From Octopus vulgaris (Eukaryota), in the NCBI GenBank assembly GCA_951406725.2, contig OX597824.1, forward strand, positions 26,536,001 through 26,600,000: a stretch of 64,000 nucleotides of DNA. Reading direction: 5' to 3'. Below are positions 57,821 through 64,000 of this stretch, piece by piece (within the stretch, counting starts at the first letter, position 1; each line of letters begins with the position of its first letter). Made by a program: the position numbers and the translations under genes. Below the pieces are notes generated by a model. It saw only the letters and a list, made by a program, of their open reading frames with translations. It did no database searches and was not told the origin of the DNA.

Positions 57821-59564
57821 TGGGTGTGTATATGTTTGTGTGTCTGTGTTTGTCCCCCCAACATCGTTTGACAACAGATGCTGGTGTGTTTATGTCCCCG
57901 TAACTTAACGGTTCGGCAAAAGAGACCGATAGAATAGGTACTAGGTTAACAAAGATTAAATCCTGGGGTCGATTTGCTCGACTAAAGGCGGTGCTGCAGC
58001 ATGGCCACAGTCAAATGACTGAAACAAGTAGAAGAGTATGCGCGTGCGTCTATGTACGTGTGTATGCGTGCATGCGTATGTGATTGTGTTTGTGTGTGTC
58101 TCTGACTTCGTGTGTGTGTGTGTGTGTTCGAATGTGAATGTGTTTGTCTCTCTCTCTCTCTCTCACCATTCTGTTTATATATGCGTATATATGTGTATAT
58201 GTGATTGCATGTGCGTATGAACTTGTCTCTCTCACTCTGTGTGTGTGTGTGTATGTATGTGTGCGAGTATGTTTGAATTTGTCTCTCACTATATGTGTGT
58301 ATGTATGGCTTTGCCATTCTCAGTATATTCCCAGTATATGTGTGTATATTGTCTGTGTGAGTGTGTATGTGCGTGTGAATGTGTGTGTGTGCGTTCTTGT
58401 TTGTTGAACTGTGTGTGTGTGTGTATGCGCGTGTATAGCTTCATAATAAATAAACGAATAGACAGAGAGATACGAGAGGAAGTCAAAAATTATCCGCACT
58501 TTCACCATAACAAATCTTTATTGTCATACTGCCTTCTGGGTATGTGTGCTTATAGTTGGTATTGTTGTGATCACGGAATCGAAGTTTGAGCCTGATCGCG
58601 CCATTTTTCTTTCTGGCTCCACTAGCAATGTGCATGAAAAAAGAACAAAAAGCAATGATCCCATTTCTCTGTAGAGTATGATCAATATTGCAAGATACAG
58701 TGCTTTGCTGGCCAACAAACTGAAGCCAGCAATTCGCACTAAATGTCGAAGCCTATTGTCGAAGAAAGTTTTGTTGTTGCATGACAATGCACGTCCACTC
58801 ACGACCGCGCAGACCGTTGAAACCATTAACCAATTGTTTTTTGGGGGTACTGGAACACCCTCCCTACAGCCGAGAGCTCGCTCCTTCTGTCTATCATATC
58901 TTTGGATCGCTGAAAGATGGTTTACGAAGTCGTCGATTTCCTACGGATAGAGATGTGAAAGAAGCGGTGCATAAATGGTTGCATGACCAACGGAAAATCC
59001 TCTTCTTGGAGGGAATATGCAGGCTTGTGTACCGCTGGACCAAGCACATCGAAAAGGAAAGAGACTATATAGAAAAATGACGTACTTGTTTATCCCCTGC
59101 TTTAGTGTAAATACATTGAAGAAACAAGAGTGCGCCCAATTTTTGACTTTCCCTCGTATACAATAAATAAAATAAATGCGCCCTTTTAAAGCCTACCCAG
59201 GTTCATGGGCCCGTTTTTCCGGTTTCAATGTCGTTTCCCGGTTTCATTAGTGACTGGAAAAAGGATATATGTATTTGCAAAGTGGACCCCTTCGCATCTA
59301 AGACCAGTGATTGTCGTGCGCTGATGACGGGTAAAATATTCAGAAACCCGGGTCCGTGCGTATCACGTTGGGTCGACGACGGGAATGATGGTTATCCTTT
59401 GCAAATACTGTTAGGGCACAGAAAGTGTGTCAATAGTCAGCTGAAGAAGATGTATCCTGAGGTTACAAGCTACAGTAACATCCACCCTTAGTGGTTAGCC
59501 ACATTTAAATGGCAAATATACTTCACATTGTAGTACATTACTGTTCATACTTCGTTCAGAGATT

Positions 59565-59611
<47 letters not shown>

Positions 59612-60939
59612 CATACATATATGCATACTTATAAGACACACACACACACACATATATATATATGCGCACACACAAATAAGTTCATATATCACTCCTTTCG
59701 CATCACATATATAAAAGATAAATACAGACATACTTATACAGATAGAGAGAGAGAGAGAGAGAAAGAGAGAGGGTGAGGGAGATGGAGAGAGACAAAGAGA
59801 GAAAGAGAAGGAGAGGGAGAGAGAGAATCAGTAAGTGGAGAGACGGACGCAGGACCACACACATTCATACATTTGCACGTACACGCATACACCTACACGC
59901 ATAAATATCCACACATACACACATAAACATACGTAGCAACACGAAAGGGTCTGAAGGATTGTCAGAATGCAAAGAAGATGTAAATAAACCGATAAAAACG
60001 GAGCCAACCTCATCAAAATGACAAACTGATTATCTAATCAAAAGAGTGTTAAAGAGGGACAAGTGACTCTAGATACAGTGAGTTAATTAACAAAATTCAT
60101 CGAAGCAATGCTGAAGAGATATTGATATATCACGTGATTTTGTCTTGTCTGTGTTTTCATTGGTCACCTCACCTTTTCATCCTTTTAACCAATCATCTTT
60201 TATATTCAACGCTTGGCTGATTTTCTCTTCCATCTATCTTTGAACAGTTGATTGCTTCTTCAGCAGACGTCTTCCGTCTCATTAAACATTCAACGTTGGT
60301 CACTATTTAATTGATATACATACGTACATATAATCAGGTGGTGCGTTTATGTGTGTGTCTATACATGCATTTATGTGTATGTTTAATTGAGGGTTTGTGC
60401 GTGTTTACGCATATATGTATGTGTCTGTATGTACGTATGTATTTATGTATGTATATGTATATATACACTCACACACAAACACATACGGACGTGCATTTAC
60501 TCATACAGTCATGCACTTATACATAAATACGTGGGGACTTACTGATATTTATAGACACTATGTGTGTATATGTATATAAACATACGCATACACCGTCTGT
60601 ATGTTTATTAGACTGTCTCTGCAATTATATACATACGTACTTTAGTAAGTGTCATTGTGCACGTGAAAAGCGTACGTTATTATACATACATGCATGCAAA
60701 TATACACATACATACACATACATACATATACATACATATACATATAATATATATGTATGTATACGTAAATATATGTGTATGTAAATAATATATGAATATA
60801 TGCATATATATAGAGAGAGATAGACACAGAAACTTACTTGGAAGAGGATGCGTGGTGTTCAATCATATAATGATATAAATAATGGATACATATATATATA
60901 TATATATGTATGTATATATATATATTTATATGTATATAT

Positions 60940-60978
<39 letters not shown>

Positions 60979-61074
60979 CATACATACATACATGTGTATA
61001 TATATATACACACATACATACATACATACATACATACATACATACATACATACATACATACATACATACATACA

Positions 61075-61106
<32 letters not shown>

Positions 61107-61208
61107 CATATATATATATAGTTAATCCAAACATGAAAACACAACAACACGAGGACGTGGAACAAATATAGTATTATTGGATGCTCAGGAAGGAAGGGAA
61201 GATGGAGG

Positions 61209-61243
61209 GTTTTACGTTTCGAGCGGAGCTCTTCGTCAGAAAC
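61209..61243 (-). ncRNA. Minimal type I HHR, canonical core
   Basis: GUUU CUGACGA A GAGC ucc GCUC GAAAC GUA AAAC; loopless ACGU stem III implies dimeric folding. Confidence 0.75.
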
Positions 61244-61332
61244 ATAGGAAAAGGAAAGATCCAGAGGAGTGAAGACGGAGGAAAAAAATTACCAACGGTA
61301 CACACGCGGTCACACATACATACATACATACA

Positions 61333-61364
<32 letters not shown>

Positions 61365-61374
61365 CACACACATA

Positions 61375-61442
<68 letters not shown>

Positions 61443-62097
61443 GAAAGACACAAATGGAAAACAAAACAGACAACATAAAGAATGTCTCTTCATCAGTTGA
61501 ATCCTCCTTCTTTCTTTCCTTTCCTGATCGTCCAATAACACTATACTTGTTCCACGTCCTCGGGTTGTTGTGTTTTCTCTTTGTGTTTTCATGTTTGGAT
61601 TAACTTTAGATACATATATGCAAACATACATATATGTGTGTATTTATAGATATATATATTAATATGCATGCGGGTATGTGCATGTATGCATGTATATACT
61701 TATATGTGTGTATGAAGGCGGAAGCGGTATTTCGTTTGTCTTTATGTCCTGAGTACAAGTTCCGTCGAGGTCGACTTTGCCTTTCATTCTTTTAGGATCG
61801 ATCTAATCGAAGTTTCGGGCATTGTACCCAGAGTAGAAAGGAATTTCACATGGTCTGGAATAAAGAACAAGTGAGACCATGGCATTAACTTAGTTACTTT
61901 ATTGCTTGTTTTATCTCAAAACTAATATATATGTCTATGTCTAATCGTGTAGAAATATTCCACATTTACTTACTCATTGTTTCGCCACTGCTTTGGCTAG
62001 AAGAATGAAGTTTACTTTCGCTGATGAGTTTTCCAATAAGAGCGAAATATAACCGCAGTTTTCTTCCGTACTTGCGGTATACTAAAAATATTATACA

Positions 62098-62497
62098 GGC
62101 GTATGAGTGGCTGTGTGGTAAGTAGCTTGCTTACGAACCACATGGATCCGGGTTCAGTCCCACTGCGTGGCACATTGGGCAAGTGTCTTCTACTATAGCC
62201 TCGGGCCGACCAAAACCTTGTGAGTGGATTTGGTCGACGGAAACTGAAAGAAGCCCGTCGTATATATGTATATATACATGTGTGTGTTTGAGTGTCTGTG
62301 CATGTCCCCCTAACATCGCTTGACAACCGATGCTGGTGTGTTTACGCCCCGTAACTTAGCGGGTCGGCAAAAGAGACCGATAGAATAAGTACAAGGCTTA
62401 CAACGAATAAGTCCTGGGGTCGATTTGCTCGACTAAATGCGGTGCTCCAGCATGGCCACAGTAAAATTACTGAAACAAGTAAGAGAGTAAAAGAGTA
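62098..62497 (+). mobile_element. Full-length SINE family A
   Basis: Homology to 4468-4872. Confidence 0.9.
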
Positions 62498-62581
62498 AAG
62501 AGAGAGTGCCACGTATACATACATGTACACATAAACACACACATACATACACACAAACACATGCATACATATATACATACA

Positions 62582-62615
<34 letters not shown>

Positions 62616-63114
62616 AGGACATCTATGGACCATTGATAAAGAGTTTACAAATCCAGGACCCTAGCTACCCTTCGTACCTATTTTTATTGGAGCAACAGGA
62701 TACAGACCAACATATTTGGGGCAAAGATTTGCTGAGATTGGGATCTTAGAGAAAAAAAATACAAATTATTAATTCCTATGCTACAAATGATCACGATATC
62801 AGGGACTATAAAAAATTTCAAGACCTTCAAGGTTTACACAATTGTTTAAAACAAAATACTTTCACAAATTTGTTTCCAAGGATTAGGCCGGTCAGGATTT
62901 ACTCTAAAATTAAAAAGGGAACGAGAACAGACACATTCTTACATTCATCCATCCATCCATCCATCCATCCATCCATCCATCCATCCATACATACATACAT
63001 ACATACATACATTCATACATACATACATACATACATACATACATACATACATACATACATACATACATACATAAATACATACATGAGACATACATACATA
63101 CATAAATACATACA

Positions 63115-63590
63115 TGAGACATAAATACATACCATGATAGATGGTTAGCCACTACACACATTTTTTCCCTCGTTGTTTTTTTGTGTCCCTTTCTGTTGAA
63201 GAGCGCAGGCTCGAAACGTAAATGACTTTTTCTATTTCTGAGCGCTATACTAATACATCTGTTTGTTTTGTACACCACCTGTCTGCGCCTTTTGTTTTTT
63301 TCTTCGTAAACTCTCCCCATACATACATACATACATACATACATACATACATACATACATACATACATCCATCCATCCATACATACATGAGACGCCATGA
63401 TAGATTGTTAGCCACTACACACATTTTTTCTCTCCTTGTTTCTCTCCTTGTTTTTTTGTGTCCCTTTCTGTAGAAGAGCGCAGGCTCGAAACGTAAAAGA
63501 CTTTTTCTATTTCTGAGCGTTATACTAATACATCTGTTTGTTTTGTACTCCACCTGTCTTCGCCTTTTGTTTTTTTTCGTAAACCCTCCC
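63115..63590 (+). mobile_element. Two tandem copies of the CUGUNGA-HHR repeat (HHRs 63189-63224 and 63464-63499, 275 nt apart)
   Basis: CUUU CUGU(U/A)GA A GAGC gcag GCUC GAAAC GUA AAAG; units separated by (CATA)n. Confidence 0.8.
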
Positions 63591-63616
63591 CATACATACA
63601 TACATACATACATACA

Positions 63617-63649
<33 letters not shown>

Positions 63650-63797
63650 GCGCACGCAGACACACACATCCACGTATATATAATTTTTGAAGTAGTATTG
63701 GTGACTGTTTGAGTTACAGATGTTTGTGCGATTACATCATGTTATGGACCGAAAACAGTCTTCACAGAATAAATTTATTAAAGTATTTTACGAAACA

Positions 63798-63960
63798 GGC
63801 GTAAGAGTGGCTGTGTCCTAAGTAGCTTGCTTATGAACCACATGATTCCGGGTTCAGTCCCACTGCGTTGCACTTTGGGCAAGTGTCTTCTACTATAATC
63901 TCAGGCCAACCAAAGCCTTGTGAGTGGATTTGGTAGACGGTAACTGAAAGAAGCCTGTGG
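63798..63960 (+). mobile_element. SINE family A head, continuing beyond the window
   Basis: Homology to 4468-4630. Confidence 0.85.
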
Positions 63961-63966
63961 TATATA

Positions 63967-64000
<34 letters not shown>

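Noticed and set aside
62016-62058. CUGAUGA GUUUU..AGAGC GAAAU HHR-like motif
   Set aside because: Stem II is plausible but stem I and the NUH site are broken; possible relic, not supportable as a feature.

Overview
AT-rich, microsatellite-saturated eukaryotic non-coding DNA, almost certainly Octopus (inferred from the octopus-type tRNA-derived SINE families, Deu/Nin-domain SINEs and dense (TA)n/(CATA)n/(CTAT)n/(TAA)n arrays). No intact host protein-coding exon is recognisable, and nearly all listed ORFs are microsatellite translations. Real coding remnants are transposon relics: three Penelope-like element (PLE) fragments, R4/Dong, RTE, Tx1/L1-like and CR1-like LINE pieces, Tc1 and mariner. 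The main signal is a set of about 8 small non-coding elements carrying predicted type I hammerhead ribozymes (HHR), most of them sitting in (TA)n tracts. They include tandem, circularly permuted 363-nt and 480-nt units (retrozyme-like), near-perfect palindromes centred at the ribozyme, and a ~205-bp element with target-site duplications. Their cores show three Watson-Crick versions of the 3-8 pair (C3-G8, U3-A8, G3-C8) plus a conserved A6U variant. All ribozyme calls are manual structure predictions and have not been tested for cleavage. A 100-N gap flanked by a ~1.8-kb near-identical duplication is probably an assembly artefact.
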